Shown here: positions 38,221-46,644 of the stretch, piece by piece | How the letters are laid out: every line of letters starts with the position of its first letter | How positions within the stretch are numbered: position 1 is the first letter of the stretch | Assembly (NCBI GenBank): GCA_016181895.1 | Contig: JACOYL010000009.1 | Coordinates: forward strand, 3,346 to 67,345 | Direction: 5' to 3' | DNA length: 64,000 bases | DNA from: Candidatus Pacearchaeota archaeon | GTDB taxonomy: Archaea; Nanobdellota; Nanobdellia; Pacearchaeales; GW2011-AR1 | The notes under the pieces: generated by a model | What the model was told of the DNA's origin: nothing | Seen by the model: only the letters and a program-made list of their open reading frames with translations | Database searches by the model: none | Translations under genes and position numbers: made by a program

Positions 38221-39579
38221 TTATTTTTTCTTATGCTTATGTTTCCTTTTTTGTTTTTCGATTATGTTGAATATTGCGTAAATCAATGCAATCAAAATTC
38301 CAGAGATTATCAAATTGTAGAAATTGAAAAACGGAAGCTGCACCAATGCAGGACATGCAAGTTTCTTTGAGTCAACTTCACAGGAAGCAGGCTTGTCTAA
38401 AAGTTCTCCACTCCATGTTGCCGTCCAACTGTATGAAATAAATCCGTCGCCGCATCCATCAGGGTCGCTGCTTGATGCCTTGATTGTGCATTTTCCTAAA
38501 ATGCTTTCCTGCCCTGTTGTAGGATCGTAATTAACAGTCTGAAATGCCGAATCGCATGTTGATGAAGATGTATCCCACTCGCAGAAACAAAATGACGGAG
38601 GCGAACATTCGCTGCTTTCAGGAACACTGTCCTCTGCAACATCGCACACATCATTATCAGTGCAATATGCTTGCCCATAATCAGAACACACAAACTTGTC
38701 ATCGCAGAATCCCGCGGTTAAAACAGTTCCTATCTTCAAATCCCCGCTTGTGGCTAATGAATTTCCCGCATTTGAAGCTTCGAAATAAAATTCCATTTCA
38801 TCATAATCTTCAACAAGAGCTTCAAGAAGAGGGTGTCCTTTATCCAAATCTATTTGAGTAATAAGCCATTCATAGTTTGCTCTTTCATCAGCACCTGTTT
38901 GGACTGTCACGGTTTTTATTAAGTCGTCTGCAGTAAGAGTATCATCCCTTTCTTTAATCTCAAATGTTATTTGCGTTCCTTGGGGAAGATTTGAATTCTT
39001 TAATATCATCCATATTTTTGTTGTGTCTGGAACAACATCTATCGTGCTTACAGACGTTACACCATTTTTAGACCATATGGCAGATGTTATTAGTGAAGAA
39101 GATGTACAATAAATTTTAACCCCGTAATCATTAATCGCTCCAATATGGGCATTTGTTTCTGCCGATAATGATAATACAGGGATGGGATATTTATCCGGAG
39201 CATATTCAGGGTCATTTGAATCTACACACTCCAAATCCCCGTAACAAACAAAATTTGCAAGAATTGTATAAGCAGTTCCCGATGGGATTTCAGCGTGTGC
39301 GTTTGTTGCAGATGAGAGTCCGATAACTTTGTTGGTTCCGGAACATGCTGCGTTGCCGCCGGCAAAATTACAGCAAACATATTTGTATCCGGAAGGACTC
39401 GCTTCTGTTGTTGCGCCGTGCGCATTCGTTAGGTCTGAAACTCTCATCAATTCATAATCAGAACCGGTATCGGTACAGGCTGTACTTTGAATCGAACAAC
39501 TTTCTCCGGTCGCAAAAACTCCGATTGAAAGAAACATTGTAAAAATCAACGTCAGTAATAAAACCACACCGCTTTTCAT
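38221..39579 (-). CDS. Secreted Cys-rich surface protein with 3x S..TNAH repeat and LPFF-TM-basic C-terminus
   Basis: Signal peptide; SDLTNAH, SSATNAH, SAETNAH; ...QLPFF, TM, KQKRKHKHKKK. Confidence 0.8.
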   Translation of the reverse strand: MKSGVVLLLTLIFTMFLSIGVFATGESCSIQSTACTDTGSDYELMRVSDLTNAHGATTEASPSGYKYVCCNFAGGNAACSGTNKVIGLSSATNAHAEIPSGTAYTILANFVCYGDLECVDSNDPEYAPDKYPIPVLSLSAETNAHIGAINDYGVKIYCTSSSLITSAIWSKNGVTSVSTIDVVPDTTKIWMILKNSNLPQGTQITFEIKERDDTLTADDLIKTVTVQTGADERANYEWLITQIDLDKGHPLLEALVEDYDEMEFYFEASNAGNSLATSGDLKIGTVLTAGFCDDKFVCSDYGQAYCTDNDVCDVAEDSVPESSECSPPSFCFCEWDTSSSTCDSAFQTVNYDPTTGQESILGKCTIKASSSDPDGCGDGFISYSWTATWSGELLDKPASCEVDSKKLACPALVQLPFFNFYNLIISGILIALIYAIFNIIEKQKRKHKHKKK

Positions 39580-39623
39580 CTCCCCTATAACAAACCGCAT
39601 TTTATAAACTTTAATATTCTATT

Positions 39624-39899
39624 GGCTTTGTTTAATAAGTAACCACTGTTTAAAATTGGCTCGCATTCTGCTCGCGATTGATGAAAGAATTAACCAAAAA
39701 ACCATTACGCATAGCGATTAGCCATACGCATAGGCAAACACTAAATAAAAAAATATCGCGAGACACGGAAAACTAATGGGTTTTGCATTAACGTTATTAT
39801 TAATATGCGAGCGAATGAAGTGAGTGAGCCATTTTGTTTAGCAAGTCAATAAAAATTGTTTAGCAAGTCAATAAAAATCAAGACTTTTTCAACAAATCT
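39624..39899 (+). mobile_element. MITE (family A), complete copy with 9-bp TSD
   Basis: Left end GGCTTTGTTTAA, degenerate right end TTCAACAAATCT; TATTCTATT at 39615-39623 and 39900-39908; internal 22-bp tandem duplication 39834-39877. Confidence 0.85.
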
Positions 39900-39903
39900 T
39901 ATT

Positions 39904-41100
39904 CTATTCCCCCTTCCAGTTTATCATCGGCTTTATGTGCTTTATTATCTTGATTGATTCTTTTTGCGCTTCCATGACTTCCGAGATGTTTTTGTAAGCC
40001 ATCGGCAATTCATCGAGTGTTTTATTGGAAATAGTTCCTTTTATTCCTTTCATTGACTCTTTGAATTGCTCCATCGTGTATTTTTCCCTAGCTTTTTTTC
40101 TGCTCATGCTTCTTCCTGCCCCATGGCTTGAAGAGTTGAGGAATTTCCCGTTTCCTTTTCCTACTACAAGAAAAGAACCGTCTCTCATGTTTCCCGGAAT
40201 AATTCCTCTTTCATTTTTTTTCGCGGGCGTGGCTCCTTTTCTGTGAATGAAAAAGCCGTTTTCATAAATTGCATGATTGTGATTTTTATTAACCCAAATT
40301 TCGTATTTCAAATCTTCTTGAAGAACCCCTTTTAAAATCTCAATAATTTGATAAGCTATTTCGAGCCTGTTCAATAAAGCGTAGTCCAAACCGAATTCAA
40401 GAACATTCAAATATTCTTTTCCGATTTCCGAATTGGAATCCAGGGGAAATGTTTTTTCATATTTTGTTTTTTCCCTGCTTCCCGAAGCGCTTATCATGTA
40501 TTTTTTTGCAACATTGTGCCCGATGCCCCTGCTTCCGGAGTGGATTATAAGCCATAATTCTTCACTATTCTTTTTCTTCGGGGGTTTTGCAAAGGGGGTG
40601 TCCCCCTGCTCGTCTGTTCCCAATTCAATGAAATGATTTCCTCCTCCCAAAGTTCCAAGATGCCTTATTGCAGTGGTTTTTAAATAATTCAAAACATTTT
40701 TGTCATGCGGTTTTTTTTCAAACTTTTCTAGAATTTTCTTGAAATCTTTTTTTGTTTTCTCCGTGATTTTTTCTGGTTTGTTGTAGCTCCCGACACCCAT
40801 TGGAATTTTTCTCATTACTTGGCTGTAAATCCTGTCCTGATTTTCTCCGACTCTTTCAATAAGTTTCTTGCCTTTGATTCTCAACGCAATCAAGCCGCAG
40901 CCAATGTCAAAACCAACCCACGCGGGCACGATAAATCCCTTTGTTTTCAAGACAGCGCCTATTGGAGCTGCATATCCCAAATGCGCGTCAGGCATCAATG
41001 CCGCGGCTACAACAAACTTTTCAGAATAGCAATTTTTGAACTGTTCCAACGTTTCCTTGTCAACATCTATCGCGTAATTGTATATTTCTTTTGTTTTCAT
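39904..41100 (-). CDS. rtcB: RtcB family RNA ligase
   Basis: MPDAHLG, VGFDIGCG, LGTLGGGNHF, HSGSRG, HN, HRKGAT, SHGAGR, DE.P.AYK. Confidence 0.95.
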   Translation of the reverse strand: MKTKEIYNYAIDVDKETLEQFKNCYSEKFVVAAALMPDAHLGYAAPIGAVLKTKGFIVPAWVGFDIGCGLIALRIKGKKLIERVGENQDRIYSQVMRKIPMGVGSYNKPEKITEKTKKDFKKILEKFEKKPHDKNVLNYLKTTAIRHLGTLGGGNHFIELGTDEQGDTPFAKPPKKKNSEELWLIIHSGSRGIGHNVAKKYMISASGSREKTKYEKTFPLDSNSEIGKEYLNVLEFGLDYALLNRLEIAYQIIEILKGVLQEDLKYEIWVNKNHNHAIYENGFFIHRKGATPAKKNERGIIPGNMRDGSFLVVGKGNGKFLNSSSHGAGRSMSRKKAREKYTMEQFKESMKGIKGTISNKTLDELPMAYKNISEVMEAQKESIKIIKHIKPMINWKGE

Positions 41101-41150
41101 CTTAAATGAAATGCAATTAATTTTATAAAGATTGACAACGAAGGATTCTG

Positions 41151-41462
41151 ATGGATTTAGCAGAAAGAATTCAGGATTTTTCTTCGACTTATAACGCCCT
41201 TCTTGATTTGGGAAAGAACAGATTGCCTTTTTATCAAGGAATAAAAGATGCAAGAATTAATTTGCTCGTTGAAAAAGGATATCTCATTCCTGGAATATCA
41301 AGAGTTCATTTGGATGAAGGAAAAACAGTTAACGTAACCCATTATAAAAGAACTCCCAAGGGACAAAGAGCATTATTTTTCGCGCAAATCCCAGAAAAAA
41401 TCAAAAGAATTCCTTCGGAAATTTGTTACAAAATAGATTGCTTTCTCCATCCTGATGATTAA
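41151..41462 (+). CDS. Hypothetical protein
   Basis: 103-aa ORF. Confidence 0.5.
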   Translation: MDLAERIQDFSSTYNALLDLGKNRLPFYQGIKDARINLLVEKGYLIPGISRVHLDEGKTVNVTHYKRTPKGQRALFFAQIPEKIKRIPSEICYKIDCFLHPDD

Positions 41463-41466
41463 ATTC

Positions 41467-41922
41467 TCATCCCTGCGCCCAGCAAAACAGGTTTAGTTTT
41501 CTCGGAGCATATAAATTTTGATTCGCCCCAAAGAACGAGGATTGCACGAAAACGTCTTTGTCGTCGGGAACCAAATTAATGACGCAATCATCTTGGATTT
41601 CGCAAAGTTGCGCTTCGCATTTTAAATATCCCGGAGCTCTTGTTTCTATTTTATCTTTGACATCGTCTAGATTGTTAGGGGGCCCGTTAAAATCATCCCA
41701 TTCAATCGGAAGATTTCCAACAGGAACAGCAATGATATCATTTCTCAAATCATTATTCAGTTGTATTTCCCTCAAAATCGCATATTCCGAATCATAAACA
41801 AAAACCGAAGAATCCGGGACTTGAAGCCCGAGGCTGTTTATTATTATGAGCAAAGCGCCTGCTATTAGAAGTATGCTCGTGAAAGCCTCGACGATTTTTA
41901 TCCAACCTTGCTTGTTTTTCAT
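41467..41922 (-). CDS. Pilin-like protein (class III signal peptide)
   Basis: MKNKQG|WIKIVE followed by a hydrophobic helix. Confidence 0.75.
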   Translation of the reverse strand: MKNKQGWIKIVEAFTSILLIAGALLIIINSLGLQVPDSSVFVYDSEYAILREIQLNNDLRNDIIAVPVGNLPIEWDDFNGPPNNLDDVKDKIETRAPGYLKCEAQLCEIQDDCVINLVPDDKDVFVQSSFFGANQNLYAPRKLNLFCWAQG

Positions 41923-41965
41923 AATCTAATTATCAATAATAAGTTTATTAATATTTTGAGAAAAA

Positions 41966-42080
41966 TGGCTCGTTGCCCTGCAACTCGCATGTTGATATAA
42001 TGATAAATTAATGAAAAAATTTATCGCAAGTTTTTTAGAATAACAAGATTATGCATTGACATTATTTTCTTCTGGTAGTG
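41966..42080 (-). repeat. Degenerate intergenic element (family B) copy
   Basis: Reverse strand ends CATTAAT...ATGCGAGTTGCAGGGCAACGAGCC, cf. ATGCGAGTTGCGAAGCAACGAGC at 55001. Confidence 0.55.
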
Positions 42081-42102
42081 CTGGCTTTTCAATGTCACAT
42101 AG

Positions 42103-42957
42103 TCACCATACCTTTATCGTCAAAAAACCTATTTGAAGATTTGCATCGCTGTCAAGATACTGCAGCGGAAATGTTGTTGCGTAAACATTTGTGTTTGGAA
42201 TTCCCCCGCATGCTTCAATATTTGGTTCAATTACTAATGTTCCATCTGCCGATTCAAACCTGAATGTAAACTCGTTTCCCTCGGGAACTCCAAGTCTTGT
42301 TTTAATGGTTTCTCCGCAGTCCAGTTCATATTCATCTTTCAATGCATAAATGTTTGACTCAAGGATTTGAGTTTGTTCTTCGACGAGGGAACCAACGGTA
42401 TAATCACTTACAGGATGGCAGCCGCTCATACTAACCTGATTTTGCTCTAATGCTTCTGAATAATATATCTTGAAAAAAAAACCGTTTGTCTGCAAATCTC
42501 CTGGTGCCCAAAAACCAACCTGTAAACTATTGCCAGAACGCGAATAATCAAAATTTTTAGAGTTGTTTTTTATTTTTAGCTGATTATTTGTAATATATGA
42601 TTCAGCAATTTGGTTGTCTCCGCTGCCAATTATATTTTGTAGGCTAACACAATCTTTATCTGGGCTTATCGGTTCGCCATCTATAGTCATCACTGTCAAA
42701 TCTCCAACCCTAAATTCCTCAACCAATGAAAATCGGAAAAAATCCAGCAACGATTGTTTGCTTGCCTGCGTTTTCAAGAACGGCTCTATTGCGGAGAACA
42801 TGAAAATTATGAACATTATGAAAATCACGAAAGACAAAACAAATCCTATTTGGGTTGCGCCCCTTTTCCGAGTTTTCGAGGAAAACGAGTGAACTCTTTT
42901 TTCAGTGCTTCGCGATGCGTATGCGTAATCGCTTTGTGAAACCCTTTTAGTTTTCAT
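42103..42957 (-). CDS. Pilin-like protein with extended leader
   Basis: ...RKRG|ATQIGFVLSFVIF; leader contains palindromic inserts. Confidence 0.75.
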   Translation of the reverse strand: MKTKRVSQSDYAYASRSTEKRVHSFSSKTRKRGATQIGFVLSFVIFIMFIIFMFSAIEPFLKTQASKQSLLDFFRFSLVEEFRVGDLTVMTIDGEPISPDKDCVSLQNIIGSGDNQIAESYITNNQLKIKNNSKNFDYSRSGNSLQVGFWAPGDLQTNGFFFKIYYSEALEQNQVSMSGCHPVSDYTVGSLVEEQTQILESNIYALKDEYELDCGETIKTRLGVPEGNEFTFRFESADGTLVIEPNIEACGGIPNTNVYATTFPLQYLDSDANLQIGFLTIKVW

Positions 42958-43016
42958 GAATTATAAAAGAAAAACTCTTTTTAATATATTATGCTCTGGG
43001 CAAATTTTATAAAGGG

Positions 43017-43718
43017 GTGATGTTAAACAGATTTATGCAGGAAATAGAATTTGAAGAAAATATAGGCAAAATGGTGGATTTTCCATGGAAGGAGGAAGAT
43101 TTTGATTTTGCAAAAGAACCAATTAAAAAAACAAAGAGGGAATTGTCGCCGGTTGAAAGACTTGAAGAATCTTATAAAAATTCATGGATTGAAAAAAGGA
43201 AATCTTTTTACTTCAATACCAAAGCGTATGAAAATCTGCCTGCATCTTTGTCTTACAGTTACAGGGCGACAATAAAAACTTCCAAGGGTTTCAAAACTTT
43301 GACAAATCTTACGGAAGAGGGTTTAACGGGATTTTTGGAAGAAGTCGGGGAAAAATCTTCCTCTACTGTGTCTGGACCGGGATTAATTCAGAGACCGATT
43401 ATAAAAGGTTATAACATTGGAATTGGAATGCAAAACGGAAAAATGGTTTCTTCGGAAGAAGAATGCGGTTACATAATTGAGGTTTATGACCCGAGCCAGC
43501 CGATTGAGATACTCAGAATCGGGGAAGACGGATTCATTTACGAGAACAAGGGAAAAAGAAAACCGCAAATTAAAAAAGAGATGTTCTACAACAGGCGCAG
43601 GTATTCTAATGCTTATGCTTTCAGGGGAAAAGCCAAGGATTTGGAAAATTGCTTTTTTTCTGCCAACATCAAGGCAGTTCATATGGTTAAATCAAACAAG
43701 CCTAAATTTTTGAATTAA
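43017..43718 (+). CDS. Hypothetical protein
   Basis: 233-aa ORF antisense to the pilus operon. Confidence 0.6.
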   Translation: MMLNRFMQEIEFEENIGKMVDFPWKEEDFDFAKEPIKKTKRELSPVERLEESYKNSWIEKRKSFYFNTKAYENLPASLSYSYRATIKTSKGFKTLTNLTEEGLTGFLEEVGEKSSSTVSGPGLIQRPIIKGYNIGIGMQNGKMVSSEEECGYIIEVYDPSQPIEILRIGEDGFIYENKGKRKPQIKKEMFYNRRRYSNAYAFRGKAKDLENCFFSANIKAVHMVKSNKPKFLN

Positions 43719-44554
43719 CCGCCCAAAAAAATATTCGCCACAGAGGAAATCACGAAAGCCATCAGCATCAATGCAAAAGAGTGTTTTACTCCTGATTTCA
43801 GACTTCCTTCCGCAAGTTTTCCTATCGCCAAACCTGAGAACAATCCTTGAATCAAAATCAAATAAAGGAATGAATTCGTCACCTCTCCCTGAATGTTTTC
43901 AAACTGCGTTGAAACTCCCAACTCCCTTTCCAAACTGCCCGTTCCCTGAATTCCCGAAAGCAATGGAATAATCTTGAATTGCATCACAAGAACAATAATC
44001 ATGAACACGAAGAAAATTATGTATCCCTGAACAACCAGCGTCGATATCACTGCTTTTCTTTCTTTTTTCAATTTGTCGGAAGTGTTGACGGCTCCCGCAA
44101 CCGATTCCAGAATCTCGCCGATTTCTCCGCCCGATTTCTCCGCCTGTCCTATCAGCGTGATAGCTCGGGAAATCGTTTTGTTGTTGACGTCTTTTGAAAA
44201 AACCTGCAACGCCAAACTGAGCGGAATTCCCATGTAAATTTGGTTTGCAAGTTTGTTTATGTGCTGGCTCAAAACCCCGTAGGGTTTGTCTTTTATGTTG
44301 ACGATGCTCTTGCTTATCGGCGTTCCTGTTTTTACGGATTCGACGAGATTTCTTGAAAACTCGAGGAACATCTGCTCCTTTTCACTGGAGTCCCTTGCCT
44401 CTTTCATCAACGAAAGCACAAAAGGCAGAATTCCCGAGATGACCCCTATGCCGAGAATCAAAAAGAAAAATCTCGATTCCGAAATGAAAAAAGACATTCC
44501 GATTATTGTCAATGCGACCATTATTCCAATGAGATGAATTTTTTTCAATTCCAT
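43715..44554 (-). CDS. Type II secretion F / TadC-like membrane platform protein
   Basis: TM segments, YGVLS, AEKSGGEIGEILE, IQGLFSGLAIGKL. Confidence 0.9.
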   Translation of the reverse strand: MELKKIHLIGIMVALTIIGMSFFISESRFFFLILGIGVISGILPFVLSLMKEARDSSEKEQMFLEFSRNLVESVKTGTPISKSIVNIKDKPYGVLSQHINKLANQIYMGIPLSLALQVFSKDVNNKTISRAITLIGQAEKSGGEIGEILESVAGAVNTSDKLKKERKAVISTLVVQGYIIFFVFMIIVLVMQFKIIPLLSGIQGTGSLERELGVSTQFENIQGEVTNSFLYLILIQGLFSGLAIGKLAEGSLKSGVKHSFALMLMAFVISSVANIFLGG

Positions 44555-44814
44555 TTTTTATCTTTTCTTTTTTTAAATAATTTACTTTCAATATATCTTC
44601 CAAAATTTGTTTTAAATAAAATTTCTATAAGTATGAATATAAGTATTAAATGGATAATAAAGAACCATGTACGATTTAGTTTATTTCCTAAAATAAAAGT
44701 TAGAAAATCTCCAATGAGGCTTGCCCCCACTAATACTAATATTATAAAAAGGATTGTCACTGAAATTAATCTAAATTTTTCTTTCATTATAAAATTCCTA
44801 TTTTTTATTTCCAT
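44545..44814 (-). CDS. Very AT-rich two-TM ORFan inserted between the two platform genes
   Basis: TAATG overlap upstream, 10-bp overlap downstream. Confidence 0.55.
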   Translation of the reverse strand: MEIKNRNFIMKEKFRLISVTILFIILVLVGASLIGDFLTFILGNKLNRTWFFIIHLILIFILIEILFKTNFGRYIESKLFKKRKDKKWN

Positions 44815-46139
44815 TACACATTCGGCTGTTTTAATTGAAGGAAAACGAGGAACGCTATATTTATTCCGATGACTCCGAGAATCATAATAAGGGTAATGGC
44901 GCTCGTGCTTAATGAAATTCCCAATCCGGAAATCCTCATCATCATCAGCAAAAGCATTAAAATCATGGGAGCCGCGATTACAACGGAAATGTAAATGTCC
45001 ATGAAAGTTTCCGCGGCTTTCGTGGATTTTTCCCTTTCAAGATTGTATTCAAAAAGCATGGTCTCCGCCCTTTCCCCGAAAAATTTCACCAAGTCTCCTC
45101 CGGAACTTATCGTCGTTGAAAGCCCGTTGAACAAATCCGCGAGTTTTTTGCTCGCGGTGTTGAAACTGCTGTTTCTCAGGGCGGAGACAAAATCCTGCCC
45201 AAGAACATTCACTGTATTGAGAAGCTTGTTGAATTCTTTTTCCAAATAAGGATATTCTTTTGTTGAAATTATTATGTTGAACATTTTCGTCGGATCAATT
45301 AATGAGCCAGAAATCGCAGCCATGTTTATCGTCGCAAAAGGCAGTTCCTGCTCGATTTTTTTTCCGACAGAATCCCTTTCCAGAGAAGGATAAAAATACA
45401 TGAAAAGCAATGTCGTCGTTGGGAAAATAAAAATCAGCCAGAATGTTTTCAGAAATCTCAGGGCAATGCTTTCAGTCCTCAAAGTCACAAAAGGAAGAAT
45501 GGTTCCAATATTGAAAAAAAGCAGAAACACCACAATCAAGACGGCGGCAAAAAGAGAAATCAACGTTGTGAGAATGATGACGGAAAGATAGCTCCTCAAA
45601 AGAAAATTCATGTTTGCCTTCACGATGTCAACCTGCAATTCCCTGAATCCGTATTTTTTTATCATCTCTGCGGAAAATTCCGAGAAAAGCTTGTTTGCGA
45701 ACCCAATATATCTGCTCGGCTTTTTTATTTTTTTTCTTTCGACTTTTTCCTCCTCCTCTTTTTGCTTCAGCCTTTTCAACGTTTCCTTTTCAATTTTTGA
45801 AATCTTGTATTTGTTCTGGAATTTGAGAAACTCGGGAACACTGAGAAAATTTTTTTTCCGGGATTTTCCTTCTGCTTTTCTTTCCGGAATTATTTGCATT
45901 ATTCTGGATTTCAAAGAGGCATTCAAGGACAATTGGTTCAATTTTTTAACGATTCCGTCGCCAACTTTTTTCATCTCTTTTTTCAGGGTTTTTATCTGCT
46001 CTTCTATCTCTTTTTTGTCTCCTGAATTGGATTTTTTTCCCATTTCTTTTGAAAAGACGTTTATCTCCTTGACCATTCTTACTTCCTTTGAAATGTCCCT
46101 TTTAAAGTCGAGAAAAAAATCTTCTTTTTTATTCAGCAT
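44814..46139 (-). CDS. Type II secretion F / TadB-TadC-like membrane protein
   Basis: ELPFA, SSGGDL, TM segments. Confidence 0.9.
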   Translation of the reverse strand: MLNKKEDFFLDFKRDISKEVRMVKEINVFSKEMGKKSNSGDKKEIEEQIKTLKKEMKKVGDGIVKKLNQLSLNASLKSRIMQIIPERKAEGKSRKKNFLSVPEFLKFQNKYKISKIEKETLKRLKQKEEEEKVERKKIKKPSRYIGFANKLFSEFSAEMIKKYGFRELQVDIVKANMNFLLRSYLSVIILTTLISLFAAVLIVVFLLFFNIGTILPFVTLRTESIALRFLKTFWLIFIFPTTTLLFMYFYPSLERDSVGKKIEQELPFATINMAAISGSLIDPTKMFNIIISTKEYPYLEKEFNKLLNTVNVLGQDFVSALRNSSFNTASKKLADLFNGLSTTISSGGDLVKFFGERAETMLFEYNLEREKSTKAAETFMDIYISVVIAAPMILMLLLMMMRISGLGISLSTSAITLIMILGVIGINIAFLVFLQLKQPNV

Positions 46140-46296
46140 TCAAAACCTCCGCGATTTTTTCCTGAATTTCAACCATTGTTTTTTTCGTTTTGTTGAATTT
46201 TTCAACGTCACCTGCTTTATAATATCTTTCAAGGCTTGGTTCTAAGTCCTCCATAGATTTCACCATTTGCTCGAGAAAAGATGTATCTTTTTCCAT
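46129..46296 (-). CDS. 55-aa hypothetical protein
   Basis: MEKDTSFLEQMVKSMEDLEP...AEVLNAE*, overlaps the start of the platform gene. Confidence 0.55.
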   Translation of the reverse strand: MEKDTSFLEQMVKSMEDLEPSLERYYKAGDVEKFNKTKKTMVEIQEKIAEVLNAE

Positions 46297-46311
46297 GTTA
46301 TTCACCATTTT

Positions 46312-46425
46312 TCTAATTTTCCGTGTTTCGCGATGCTTTTTTATTCAGTGTTTGCCGATGCCTTTCGTTGCGAAGCGTATGCAATCGCATCGCTATGCGT
46401 AATCGCTTTTCAATTTAAAACAGAA
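46312..46425 (-). mobile_element. Partial MITE (family A) copy
   Basis: Reverse strand GGCAAACACTGAATAAAAAAGCATCGCGAAACACGGAAAA matches ~39733-39772. Confidence 0.7.
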
Positions 46426-46494
46426 ATACGTTATTAAATTTTACTTAACTGGATATTATTCCCATTACCTTCATCGCGATATTAATGAGGTTAT

Positions 46495-46619
46495 CCAACC
46501 ACCAACCCCTGACCATCGACCCAAAAGAATGTTAACTAATCATCAAATTTTATTAAACAAATTAAAAAATTCTTTACATTAACATTTATATCAATAAGAT
46601 AGTATGATAATGCGAGCGT
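46495..46619 (+). repeat. Degenerate intergenic element (family B) copy
   Basis: C-rich head, TTTACATTAACATTT core (cf. 54978-54992), AATGCGAGCG tail. Confidence 0.55.
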
Positions 46620-46644
46620 ATTTTTAAAATTCTTATTTTTCTGC

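Noticed and set aside
39834..39877. 22-bp repeat TTGTTTAGCAAGTCAATAAAAA x2 as a possible CRISPR
   Set aside because: Two adjacent copies with no spacer and no cas genes; a simple tandem duplication inside a MITE.
45610..46245. 211-aa + strand ORF (also 47626-48288, 12743-13285, 632-1132 and similar)
   Set aside because: Antisense shadows of well-supported genes, with Phe/Ser-rich composition mirroring Lys/Glu codons.
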